Positions 42,378-55,957 of a stretch of 64,000 bases of DNA are shown piece after piece. Source of the stretch: Jimgerdemannia flammicorona (lineage: Eukaryota); assembly GCA_003990765.1 (NCBI GenBank), contig RBNJ01000008.1, forward strand, positions 1 to 64,000, given 5' to 3'. The translations under genes and the position numbers were made by a program. The notes under the pieces are model-generated. The model saw only the letters and a list, made by a program, of their open reading frames with translations, had not been told where the DNA came from and ran no database searches. The stretch's first letter is position 1. Every line of letters begins with the position of its first letter.

Positions 42378-45300
42378 ACTCTCTCTTTCTTAGCTTTTGA
42401 TGTTCTCATTGAGATCTTCTAATTTGGTCTAGTATTGTTATACTATTTAGATGATCAAAAGTCCAGTAATGTCTATTTTTCTCAAAAAGTAGTATACTTA
42501 TAGTACAGTTACCTAATATATTAGATTTATATGTTAAAGAGTTATGTGTTTAATACTATATATCAGAAGTAATTTTAATATCATTTACTACTGAAGAATT
42601 TCCTCTAAGAAATCTTTTTAAATATCTATATCTTATTTCCTATCAATGGTATGAGAAGAATAGGCTGGCTTTCAGTTTTTTTATTTTTTAAAGAGTCAGT
42701 ATTCCTTTTGTCTTAACTTGTTGAGTTCTTAATTATTCATAATAATTATAAGAGTACTTTTAATAATGTCCAGGAGAGGTAATATATGGTATAAGACTGA
42801 TAGATATTAGAGTATTTGAGTTTTAGTTATTAAAAGAATTATATTCTTGAACTAAGTCAGTGATATTCTGAAGATTAGTTTTGAGTTCCCATATTACATT
42901 ATAGATCAGATAACCTTTCCATTTGATAAGGTATTCTGGATAGTTCTTATAGTCATATTTGTTTAGGATTTGTTTGACTTTGTATTCTTTCTAATTATTA
43001 ATGATAACAGATACTGATAGTTTTGTAATTCAATTTGAGAATAGCTCATCATCATTTCATTATATTACTTGAGATGTTGAATATTGAAGATAGGATGAAT
43101 CTTGATAATATCTAGTAGTACCAATTTATAGGAAATTGGAGAGACTTGTACAATGACTTTAAATGGTTTAATGAATTTACTATTTAGCTTTATAGAGAGT
43201 CTATACTTAAGGTTGTCAACTTAGTATCCTTAGATATCTAGTAGAACTTTTTCTCAAATATTAAAGTTTCTTCTCAGCAATACTGATTAATATACTATGG
43301 TTATTATTCTTAAGTTCAAGATAAATTATCAATTATAATCTAGCTTAAGTTGTATATTCAGAGCAAGAATTCTTCAATAGCTTCAATAGTAGAGAGTTCA
43401 TCAGTAATTCTGATAAGAGTCAGAAAAGTATGCAGATTTTATTTTATATTAGTGAAGAACAGAATCATTCTAAGAGAGGCTTGCTTGCTATTCTTATAGA
43501 TAAACTTGATTGCAGTAAGATATTTATGTCAATTATCTTATCTATAGAAAATATAGTTACTTAGTATTTGCTCTAGAGTTCAGTTCATCCTTTTAGTTTA
43601 GCTATTAGTTTTAGGATAAAAGTCTATAGATAGTATAAGTTTTATCCCAAAGTATACATATAGAGTTTTTCAAAAATAGTTGGTGAATTTCAGATCTCAA
43701 TTACTAATAATGATCTTGGAAAGATCATAATAGTAGAAGATATTATCAAATAAGAGTATAGTGATTTCCAGTACTATTATAGTTATAGTAGTAGATATAA
43801 AGTGAGCTTATTTGCTGAGATAGTCTATAAGACAGCAATTAGATTCTTCTCATTCTTGGTTTAGAGTAGTTGTACAATGAAGTCTATAGAGATTTATTTC
43901 CAATTAGTAGATAATACTGAGATAGAGTAGAGTAGTCTAGGTTTTACTAGAGTTGAGAACTTGTTGTATTAATAGATATTATAAAAAGTAATATAGATCT
44001 TTAACTGATCTGCCATATAGAGTCAATAGAAGTTTTAAGAAATAACTTTATAGTATTTATCAAATCCTAAATATCTGGTCATAGGAGTATTATAATATTT
44101 AAATAGGATAGTCCTTTGGAGATTTCAATTATTAGAGATATATAATCTATCCTTATAGTAGATAATATTATTCTTATTAGTATTAATGGTACTAGAAGTA
44201 CTTGTTAATATTGTTACTACTCAGGATTTCTTAGAGTGCTCGAGCTTCTTTATCATTAGTATATCCTATGATAATTTATTCTATAATGGAGTTGGTAACT
44301 AAGGTAAGAGTTTGTATAACTTCTTTGATTAGTGGTCAGGAAATTGCATCAGTAACAATATTTTTCTTACCAGAGTGATACTGGATTTTGTAGTCAAAAT
44401 TAGTGAGGACTTTCATCTATCTGACTTACTTTTGGAAAAAAGTAGCCTGGGTCTTGATGTTAACTAATAATTTGTGGTCTGTCAATATAGTGAAGTATGC
44501 TCCTTCAAGATATGATCACTATTTGATCAGAGTATTTACAATAGCTAATATTTCCTTTTTGTGAGTTATATAGTTAATTTCAGCATCATTAAACTTATAA
44601 GAGTAGTAGACCACAGGGTGTCCTTCTTGTATGAGTATTACTCTAAGAGCTAGATCAGAGGTATCAGTAATAACTTCATATAGTAGAGCAGAATTCACTA
44701 CTTGAAGTACAGGAGTAGTTATCAAGATATCTTTCAGTACTTGAAAGGCTATATCTTATTCAGATTCCCAATTTACAAGATTGTTGAAATCTTTTTCTTA
44801 CTTTATGGTCTAGAGTTATTCTTCTTTTTTACTATACTTGGTTATTTAGATAAGGACAGTAGTGATCTTAGCAAAGTTTGTGACAAATTACTAATAATAA
44901 TTTGCTAGTTCTAGGAATGACTAAAGATCTCTCAGTTTTGGGGGTCTGGGCTATTTCTTAATTATAGAGATTTTGCTAAAGTCTACTTTGATTCTATTGA
45001 GAGTGATAATATATCTAAGAAATTGAATTTCCTTCAGAAGAAATTCACATTTGCTGAGTTTTACAAAGAGTCAGTTTTCTCAAAGTTTCAGTAGTACTAG
45101 TTCAAGATATTTGAGATATTTCTCCAGAGTTTTGCTGAAGACTAGTATATTATCAATATAGATAATAATAAATTTGTCTAGGTATAGATATAGGATAGTA
45201 TTCATCAGTATCTGAAAAATTACAAGAGTACTAGTTAAGTCAAAGGGTATAACTAAGAACTTGAAATATCTATAACAAGTTCAGAAGGCAGTTTTGTAGA

Positions 45301-47150
45301 TATCTTCTTCTTTTATGGCAATTTGCCAGTAGTCATTATATAGATCAAAAAAGCTCATAAATTGTGAGTTAGTAAGTCTATCAAATATTTCATTGATTTG
45401 AGATAGTGAGTAATAGTTCTTGATAGTCTATTCATTGAGATCATTATAATCAATATACATTTGTAGGTCTTCTTCTTTCTTGATAACAAAGAGAACTGGT
45501 ATACTATATAGTAATATACTAGGTCTAATAAATCCTTATTCTAGAAATTCATCAATTTCTTTTTTAAATACATCAATTTCTTTAGAAGATATGTGGTAGA
45601 TTGACTTGAAGGTTGGCTTAGCATCTGAAATGGTCTTAATGGTGTGGTCTACTACTTATTTAGGTAATGGACCTTTTGGAAGTTTTTTTGAGAATATATC
45701 TCAGAATTTCTGAAGTAAGGGTCTAATATGACTATCAACTTTGGAAAAGTCTTCTTCAAGATTCTTGAGTTCTCCTTTGGGTGGCTATATGAAGATAGTA
45801 AAGAGAGGGCATTTCTTGGCCAATTTCTTTAGTTGTAGTTTATTGATATGGGTGATCTTTGGGTCTAAGTTATTAGAACTGAGTGGGTCTCTTTTATCTT
45901 GGAGTTTGAAATTGTGACATCCTTTCTTAATGGTCAGAAAATGATTTACTCAATCAATCATAAGATTTTCTTATTTTAACCATAGAGTTCCAGAGATGAT
46001 TTCATTGTTAGAAAGTAGTATAATTTGAAGTATAATATATACTTAGTAGTTGTCAATTCTGAAGAGTAGATTGCAGACTTTCTTATTGACAATATATGAG
46101 ATTCCATTAGTTATAACAACTCTTGAGTTTGTTGTACTAGAGAGGTCAGGACCTTGAGTCTATTGGCTGTTTCTTTATTGATGAAATTGCTTAAAGCACT
46201 TAATCTTAACTTAATAAAAACTTAGAGAGTAAGCAGTTTGTCTAATCTAATAGTAGTGATTTCAGTTATAAGAGAATTCTTTCTATTAGTTCTCCTTTGG
46301 GCCAGTTTATTGATACATATAAGAGAAACAATTATCAATCATTCAGAAAGAGTATATTCTAATACCATAGGAGTATTGATCACTTGGTACAAATCTATCT
46401 TCAATTTTCTTATAGAATTATTTCTTCTTATTTATAGTAGATTGGGCTGGAGCCTTGTTTGATAAGCCAAATCCTTTAGATCTTTGAATAGTAGATAGTA
46501 GTTCAGGAACTTCTTTAACTATTAGAGTTAACTCAATTTTCTTGAATAATATCTATATTATATAAAACTCAATAGAGATCTTGAATGGTATTCAACTATG
46601 GTTTCAGATGAGAATAATGATTTCACCTATATAATCTATTTCTCCTTCTACTGAGAGTCCTTTTAATGCTAGACTACTGTAACAGCATATTCTTCTAATA
46701 TATTCTTTAGAAATTTGAATGCTAATCTCTATATAGACTTATTTGACTTCTTGGTTAGAAACTATAGCTTCTTTAGCTACATATAGATCATATCTAGCTG
46801 CTTTTTGACTTTCTTTAATTGGGGCCATAGCAGTTGTTCTCAGCTTGACAAAGTTCAGTATCTTAGTGATCAGATTGTTGAGGTGATACAGAATAGTAAC
46901 AGTTGCTTATATTATTATTCAGAGTTTTTAGTTAGGGCAGATACTGGCTATATATCCTGTCTTTCAGTAATAGAAGTATACTCTGCTTCTTCAGAGTTTA
47001 TTTCTTTCTCCTTCAGTAAGTCTCTTAAAGATACTTGGCTGAATGGGTTTAGAATTTTGAGATATTTAAGAGATGGATATAGAGAGAGCTCAGGATGCTT
47101 TATGTTTGGGTTCTTTTTTTTGGGTCCAAGATTTTTTCTTATTGTTGAAT

Positions 47151-49190
47151 TATAAGTGCATAACCTCTAAGCTACTAAAATCACATATCACCTCTAAACA
47201 AATCTGGAAATCACATACAAGATCATGAAGCTGAGTCAAACTAAAGTTATAGAGTACAAAGTTGAGTAAACTTGAAGTCACAGAACATAAGATTTATACA
47301 AATAGAATCTTATCAATCAGGACCAAATATATATATACTAAGTACTTAGATACATCAAAATAGAAAACTACAACAAACCAAATAAATAATTATAACTCTT
47401 GAACATATATACAAACATGACCACTGAGATTTACAACTATATCTGGGCTGATATTTAGAATGTCATTGTCAACTGAGTCACCCCTCCTCTACTCCTTATG
47501 AATATCCATAGCCTAGTACCTCTTTACTTTGTAGAAGCCTGATAGAATACCCTGAATATACTTAGTAAAGCCTACTGAATTGGACAAATCTCAAGCTACT
47601 ACCAGATTAGCTATCTCCTAAAAGATATAGTTGAATACTACTATAATATAGACATTATTCAAATATCTCAATACCAGAAACTCATTACCTGCAAACACTG
47701 AGAACTCTTCTATGAGTATAGTACCTTTATTTTCTATCTCTAAGTTACTACTACTGAAATGATTGCCACTCTGTCCTATAGCCAAATTGATAATATAGTA
47801 TAAGAACTCAACTATAAGTATATTGAGTATATTCAAACTATAAACAGAACCTTCCTATATCCTGATGACCACATTCTATAAATACTCCAAGTTGGATATA
47901 CCATGAAGGATATCTACAATATAATTTAGTTCAATAATGATAAAGCAGAAGATAATGATCTCTCTAATACTAATATGATCTTTAGCTAAGGATCTCTACC
48001 AGCCCTAATCACTCTACCAATCTTGCTGATGAACTTACAATAGTTTATAATCACCTATAAGACCTATTGGGATAATGATCACTAGTATAAGTATCAATCT
48101 ATATTCATATTTAATTACTTCAACTATAATGAAGAGACCAAAGAATATAATTTATACCTCTAGACAACTTTTGAGATTGAACTAACAACTTCACTACCCA
48201 AGTATGAGTGATATAAATAACAGCCACTAGCTTATTACAATCCAGCAACACATAGTACCATAACCTATAGAAGATATACAGATAGCAAATTTGATAAAAG
48301 CAAAGATAATATATTCTTTCTTTGCCCACTAACTCTATATTCAGTATATGAGACAGATAATGCTATCTTATAAGATAATAATGAGGTCTCAATGTATTAT
48401 TATCTGAGTGAATAGAGAGAAGTGATCTGAGAACCACTCTTTCTAGATGACTACTTCATCAGAGATGATGTCATTAATAGTAATGTCATTGAAAATTACT
48501 CAGATAGTATCTAAATCTATAGATAGCTTAGCAGTTATTAGTATAGTTAGATTAGTCTTGTACAATATAACTGTATACTAACTCAGTAGTCAGACAATCT
48601 CTTGATATGTCAGTTCACACTTATACTATATGACTGCATTCTGACTTAGCAAGACACTAAGTATTATATTCATATCTAGTATAGTTCAGATAGTCTTCTA
48701 TTAGTATAAATACCCTCTCTCTCAGACCTCAGAATCTCAGACTTGAACAATCTAAATACAACTTTTGAAAACTTTCCCACAATATCTCTTCACACAACTA
48801 CTCCTAGTATAGTAATATCATGAATAGTAAATAAACCTATTTAATAACCCACAAATTACTCTTAAGTAAATCTGTACTCTATTTGGTCTCACTCTTAACT
48901 ATATCATAAAATTTCCTAATTAGATATTGTCTGCAGCAATATACCAATTCAACTAAGCTGGTCTTAGTTTCTTAAACTTCTTGAAATATGAAAAATCCTG
49001 AATATCCAGAACTAGTCTGAATAAGGACTTTAATTGAGATATTAACCTGATCTTGAAATCAATAAGTATAAAGGATGTACTCTATGAAATTGATCTTGAC
49101 CTAAAGAAAATAGTCTCCCAGAATACCCAGAACTTTCAGAAAACTCTTTCAGAACTATGTAATAGTACTTTTATAAGTAACTCTCTTATA
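47151..49190 (+). mobile_element. Solo LTR of the same family inserted antisense into copy B gag, with 5-bp TSD TGAAT
   Basis: Full-length LTR homology; termini eroded to TATAAG...CTTATA; TGAAT at 47146-47150 and 49191-49195. Confidence 0.92.
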
Positions 49191-50770
49191 TGAATTGTCT
49201 TTAAGGCAGAATTAGTTCAGCAGTTAGGATTTACTTAACTATAGTCTTGATTTTTACCAGATATCATTATTGGTAATTATAACTAACTAGATATCCTTGT
49301 TCTTGGATCTTTCTTGTGAACCATTCTGATAGTATATCAAATAAATAGTCTGCTCTTATACTATTTTATGCTTCATCATTAGCAATATATCTTAGGCCAA
49401 TAGTATTCAGGAGTAACTTAAGTTTTATATAGAAGGTTTCAAATTTCTCCTTACTATATATATCAAATTTGAGATTGCAGAGTTTTACTTGGGATTTGGT
49501 AATTAGAGTTTTACTATGATATTGAGTAATTATAAGTTATTTGAGCTCAGGGGTTGTAGAGTGGTCTCTATATTCTGGAGTATTATTTGCTATATTTTGA
49601 GCAATAACTACAGATTGAGTATCCTATGTGAGGAGTTTTTCAGGAAGAGTTTACTACTATTCTTCAGCAAGTCCTTGGAAGAATGTAACAACTTGATGAA
49701 TATAGACTATAGTAGTAGCAAAAAGTTATTTGATAGTGTGGTCTTAGTTGTTTGTTAAGAGGTAGTCAGTAACTTACTTATTGCTCTATTGATTGGCTTT
49801 AAAATTGATATCAACTATACTAATAAAGCTTTGGACTTTCTGTACAATACCATTGAAGGTAAATAGGTTCAGACTTTTTATAAGTTGGGTCTGTTTGGCT
49901 AAGATAGTAATAGTTACTACCATTATGACTATCTGGGCTATAAGGTCTAGAATCTATTAGTTTGCCATATTGTTTACTAAAAATAGTTATACTATTAGTA
50001 ATAGTATTACTGATATGACTTGAGATACTGATACAGAGTGTAATGGTATTCTTTGAGTCTATATAAGTTGCTAAAGTAACTATTGTTGGTCTGGTATAAG
50101 AGCTTGATAAATAACTATCTATTGCTCTATAGGTGTATTTTGTCCTGAGGGAGATATGTCTTCTTTGGTAGTATATATATCTAGGATTGAATTCAGTGAG
50201 ATACTCCTCCTTCTCTTTGCTTAGGTTCTCTTGTAGTTGAGTTTATTCAATATTAAAGTAGATAGTATCAGTTATATATTGGATTTCAGATAAGCTTAAT
50301 TCAAAATCTAGTTCTGGTTCAGTGTTAGCTTTGGTTTTAGATAGAGTTATTATAGGGCCTGCTTCTAGTTTAGAGTTAGGTTATTGATGAAGAGTTTCTC
50401 TTACTTCTTTTTTAAGAATATAATGGGTCTTACAATTCTGAAAATAGTAATATAAGGCAATCTTGGTCCTGGTATGGTGATAGTCAGTAAAGTTGAGCTA
50501 CTTAGCTACAGAGACTTGTGCTTTATAAGAAACTTAGGCTAGAAAGATAGCTGCTAGTTGTCCTAGATCACTCAGATTTATAGAGCTAACAAAATTCTTA
50601 TTGAGAAAAGTAAAGAAGACTTCAATAAGACCTTCTTTGTCTTGACTTGCATAGTGTAGAGTAAGGAGTTCAGTATATAGAGTTTTATCTATCTGCTGAT
50701 TTAATTAGAGTACTTCTTTTTATAGATGAAGCCTGTCTCACTTATTGTAGATATAGAGGTCAAATTGTCC

Positions 50771-52360
50771 CAAAATAGTATTTCTTTACTCAACTAACTA
50801 CTGTTTCTACCATTCTTGATGCAGTAGAGATTCATATATAGAGAAGTAGATTTCCAGATAACAGACCATCTCTCTTACTAGAACAACTGCTCCAATCACA
50901 TCTCTCTCTACTATTCCTTCTCCTAACATCAGAGTCTTATATATACTTATATCAGTTCAACTTGATACCAGAGTATCCCTCATACTATTCTATGGTCCCC
51001 TTCAGTATAGCCATATCTTCTATAGAGCTCAGTCTAACCACCATATTATCAACAAAGACCCCTACCTTCCAATTGACTCTAAGAATATTTAACTCCCCCA
51101 CTTTATATCTAAATCTGTTCAATAGAGACTCCAGAGAGAGGGTATAAAGAATCAGTAACAGCAGATTCTCTTGTAGCACTCCTTTGCCCAGGGGAAATAA
51201 ACTCTTCTTATACCTATTAATCAATATTGTTGTCTGACTCTCCTCTAATAGCCTGATCAATGATTGTCTAAACTCTGAGAGAATACCTATATACTTCAGT
51301 ACTCTCACCAGCTACACTTGCTGGACCCTATCATATGTATGCCTTCTCTTAGTTCAGAAAAACTAGCTAACCATCTACCCCTATAACTCATACTCTTTCA
51401 ATAACTCTATACATCTATGTCATCTCATCTCATATCAAGTATCTCTCAATAAAGTTCCTCTGTTCAGCCCCCAGTACCTACAGAGCTACCTTTTATAATC
51501 TAGCTATTAATATCTTTATAACTAACTTATAATTTATATCCAAAAGTATAATCAGCCTCTAGTTCTTCTACTCCTCCTATCTCCTCTTATTCTTATACAA
51601 CAGAGCTACCAGTTCTAGATACTGTCCCCCAATCCACTCCTCTGATCCAATAATCTCATCATATATCTACATCATCTCCTCTAGAGCCAGCTCCATATCT
51701 GCCATCTTCTTTTAGAAATTCTAAGATAGGTCATCCTTCCCAAGAGTTATCCTGAGACTTGTTGTTGTCAAAACCCTATATACATATCTCTCCACTTTGG
51801 ACAGATACTTTCAGATCTCTAAGACTCTCTGTTGGGTCTGGATACTAATTCTCCAGATGCTATTCAATGTCTAGAACATCTTCTCTACTCTCTTTCTTGC
51901 TCTATAAATACCCTCACCTTGAACTCAACTAGTCTAAGATCTCTGAATTTCTAACCACTATCTCTTCTATCTCATTCAATACTCTCTTCCACTATTGTCT
52001 CACTCTCTTTGCCTAAAGAAGTCATGATATAAACTTCATAGATTACTTCTCTCTTTGATACTCTATCATCTCAACCAGACAGCCATACCCTTTACCTGTA
52101 GATCTTTCTTCTATTTCAGTATCTCCTTTAGCTTCTCTACCTTAAGTTAGATCTACTGAATCCTCTAATCTCTCTTCTCTCTATTATTCAGCAAATCTAC
52201 CTAGATCAATAACAACTTCTCCAAACTCTGAGAGGCCCACCATAATTGAATCCTTTTCTCATTATCTCTCATCTTCTCTTCCTTCCTTCAGAACCTTTGA
52301 GCATCTGATTTCAAATACCACTACTAGTCTCTGATCTCTAGTCTCCTTGCTAGTACTCTG
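50771..52360 (-). mobile_element. LINE (L1/Tx1-like) ORF2 reverse transcriptase fragment
   Basis: GVLQENLLLLILYTLSLESLL (decayed GVRQGDPLSP), GVFVDN (decayed YADD region); related to 60600-62700. Confidence 0.85.
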
Positions 52361-52538
52361 AATGAGTCAGTTTGAACTAGTTTAAATTGTAACTATTCCT
52401 GATTCAAACTGATTTAAATTAATCATATAATCAATTTAAACTAATCTGAATTAGTTCAAATTCATTATATAATTAATTTGAATCAGTTTGAATTGTGACT
52501 TCTCTGATCCAAACCTCCAAACTAGTGATTCATATTAC

Positions 52539-52620
52539 TGAATTCAAATTACTGAATTTGAATTACTGAATTTGAATTATTGAATTCAAATTACTAGATT
52601 TGAATTATCTGATTTGAATC
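52539..52620. repeat. 14-bp tandem array (inferred ancestral TGAATTCGAATTAC, ~6 units), probably hAT subterminal repeats
   Basis: Units alternate TTCAAA/TTTGAA, both single CpG-deamination products of TTCGAA. Confidence 0.7.
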
Positions 52621-52763
52621 CTATGAACAAATAAAACTTATTACATGATTTACTTATATGTATAAATAGAGGAACATGAGAGAAAAATATTTATAGACAT
52701 ATTCATAAATACAAATATAAATAAATATATATATATATACATGTATATATATATATATATGCT

Positions 52764-53435
52764 ATGTCAATATCAATATCAATAGATCAGTTATAAGTAT
52801 TTTCCAATACTGGTAATACTTCAAGTCAGACTTCTTCTTTAAATAATATTTCATACTATACTCCTCATTCCAAAGTTTAGCAATATTATATCAAAACTAG
52901 GAAAAATGAAGTTACTTACAAGTATTATAGGTAATTTTTTTTTTTTTTTTTTTAAAAAATAATAAAACTTATAATTGCATTGAATATATTTATAGTTTAT
53001 TTGATATAAATATAAAAAATTTAAAATATAGGCAGAAATATAAAATATATAGTGGTTTTATAACAAATATGATAAAGTATATAAAGGCTCAACATTTAGA
53101 TAAAATGGAGTTAAACATAGTATTAAGTAAAATTGATATTCTAGCTATAGTAAGTGGGTGATCTCTTTTTTATCTAAATATAAATTTGAAAATATATCTT
53201 TTATACTTAAAAAAAACCCCCCTAAATTTAGCTATATTCTGCCTTAGAGTTTCAAAATTGACTTATTCATTGGATTATATATAATGATCAACTATTTACT
53301 ATAATTGAGAGTACTTTCTTATAAAGTCTCTTTGGTCTTCTCAAGTCTGATTTATACACTCCAAGTACTGATACTATTTATAATGATATTATGGAGACTT
53401 ATAAAAAAGAATATAATAATCTCCATCAAAAGCTT
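52764..53435 (+). mobile_element. hAT-family transposase 5' fragment (BED finger), apparently intron-containing, truncated by the Penelope element
   Basis: HSKV*QYYIK...TYKY...TNMIKYIKAQH (decayed BED finger); LIHWIIYNDQLFTIIE...LYTPSTDTI (hAT motif); T-rich GT-AG introns. Confidence 0.7.
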
Positions 53436-53942
53436 TAGGTAAAATAGAGGAAGAAGAAGACCCAGTGGGAGCCAAGAGAGCAAACCCAGAGCCAGTGTCA
53501 AAGTGAATAGAAGATATGTGGAAAGGTGTGTATAAGAGGGATGAACAAAGAACATAACTGAAAATGTATCAGCCATTTATTGCTACATAAAAATGAGGTC
53601 CTTATATACAAAATATGATATTCCAAAAGAGAGGACATGCCACAACTTGAGGCAAACTGAATTAGGAACCACATGACTACCAGAGATAGGTGGAGATAAA
53701 GGGGGAGCCAATCCCAGTTGCAGGATAAAAATCACAAATAAACACAAACAAAACAAATCCAAATCGAGATTAAAAAACATCTGCAGACCCTGGAGAGGTG
53801 AGTGTGAGTGAGGGGTGAGACCGAAATGGAGTGAGCCACAGTGAGCCCAAGCAAAGCAAGAGGCTGAAGACAGCAGAGGAGAGTGGAGTAAGACCGAGAC
53901 CCTGGAGTAAGTGCAAGACTCCAGAGGGAGCAAGGATGTTTT

Positions 53943-55850
53943 TTAATCCTCTCCAGCAGAGCTAGAGGCACTAGAAGGTGACAAAAATGCAAAATGAGAG
54001 TGATAGATTAAAGAAGAAATAGAAGAAAGATGTGAACAAGCAATCAGAGGGCATCAAGAAAGAGATGAAAGTCTATGGTGTGAAAGAGAAGAGCACAGGA
54101 CAGAATCAGGGTATTGAGCAATCCAATAAGCATGATCAAATGGTATGATAAGAATCAGGGATGGAAAAGAAGAGGGGATATAGAGAGGGTAAGGGGGGAG
54201 GGAGAGAAGGGAGGGGGGATAAAGAGGAGAGAGTAGGGAAGAGCAAACAACAGACCATTCAACAGAAGCAAGCAGATTGCAAATGATAGAAATAGGGTAG
54301 GCATGATGATAGACCATGAAGTTGCTAAGAACCCGAACAGCAGACACCCAGTCAGAACAATGGGAGCAGCATAGTGTAAGACAACAAGCCTCATCATGAA
54401 TGCATTCAAGAAGAGTACGATGAGGATAATTGGACAAGAAGTCAGAGAACTGTTGGGAATGGGGAAAACAGGAATAAACAATAGTTTGGAAAGGAGAAAG
54501 AGAAATGAAAAGGTCCAAAAAGGGGATACTAGTCATACCACATACCCAGATAATAGAATGGTGGGGAGGGTAGATACCCAGGAATACACTAGAGATATCA
54601 ACACTAGTAATAGTGAAGATGATAAAGTCATCAATATATCGGCAAAAGAAGATATCCCTAGCCCAGAATGCAATGGAAAGAGGTGAAGAAGTATTACATA
54701 TCACATGCAATTCATGGGCCAGACCAATGAGGTTGGCAAGAGTGGGGGCACAATTTGTTCCCATGGTAATACCAGAAGTCTGGTGAAAGGAGCTAAGGAC
54801 TGACTCAAAATAATTGGAGCCACAGACAAGGAGTATAAGCTCAACAATGGAAGCTAGCAAAACTGGAGAGTCCAAAGGAAAAACAATGGAACCCAAAAAG
54901 CAAAGGCAAGCATTGATCTCATCAAAATGAATAGTAATATAAAAGGAGGAGAAATCACCAGAGACCAAATGGGAAAAATGGTGAATAAGCACAATGGTGG
55001 AGCAGAGAAGGGTGAGCTCCTGAGTATTATGAAGAATAGTATACTCAGACCCAAGATGGTGTTGTAGGAGAGCCATCCAGGAGAGGAAGAAGCAGGATAA
55101 CCACTTTGAAATCTCAGTGGTAAGGGAACTATAAGCAGCCATAATGGGATGCCAAGCCAAAGTAGGCTTGTGAACTTTAGGAAGAACATAGAAAACTGGA
55201 AGAGAAATATCTGGAGAGGACAAAGAGTCCTGGAAGAAGTTAAAAATGGGGTTCACAAATGGAGAATCCAAAAGTGATCTGGCGCAAGTCAGAGAAACCT
55301 GAAGAAGAGTGAGAATCTCATCCAATCCAAGAGTGCTAGGCTCATAAGCCATGGCTCGAAGGAGGGCAGAAAGGCCATCAAGGTAGAGCAACTTAGGAAT
55401 AAGTACAAAACCCTAATTCTTATCAGTGACTATGAGCAAGTACATGGGCAACTGCTTGACCAATTTAAGTGTGGTATGCATGACACAGTCCAAAACCAAG
55501 CAAGAGTGAGTGTGTCTGGGAATGGACAGCAAGCAAGCCATGTTGAGGAATATACAGTATGAAGAGACATTAGGAGGGGGGACCTAATCACTAGGAACAA
55601 AATAGTGAGAGAGCATCTCACCACAATCTTGAAAGAATATGGTAAGGTCAAGAGTATGACAAAAATGTGCAAGACAGGCCAGATCGGTGAAAGAAAATTG
55701 TGAGGGAGTCACAGGAAAAATGAAGTGAGGACTCAAGGATAAGGCAAAGACTTGAAGGGGAGAAAGGGGGCAGTCAGTTGAAGAAAAAGGAGGAGACAAA
55801 AGAGTTCCAAGAGAAGAGTAAACCCAAAAGTTTGGGACAAGCAACTGGGA
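53943..55850 (-). pseudogene. Penelope-type reverse transcriptase
   Basis: ORF-track 54054-55391 and 55584-55844 are in one frame with a few stops; PLE RT motifs as listed for the element. Confidence 0.85.
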
Positions 55851-55957
55851 AAGGTGAAGGGAGAATAATATGAGAAACTACTCAAGACACACCAGAAGTG
55901 ATGACAGAATCTGAGAAGGGACAGGGACACTGGGGGAGAACTACACCAGGGGGAAGT

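Larger units (their letters stand above)
40354..50770 (-). mobile_element. Heavily eroded Ty3/gypsy chromovirus copy B (gag, PR, RT, RH, INT, chromodomain, 3' LTR); 5' end lost at a LINE
   Basis: Chromodomain EYKVKQILNK...EYLIKWKGY...WELKTNL (~42870-42990), RT IYIDNILVF (~45150), RNase H TDTSDLAL...KKEILAIV, gag homologous to positions 1-800. Confidence 0.9.

Noticed and set aside
52539-52620. CRISPR-like array
   Set aside because: Contiguous 14-bp units without spacers, eukaryotic context, no cas genes.
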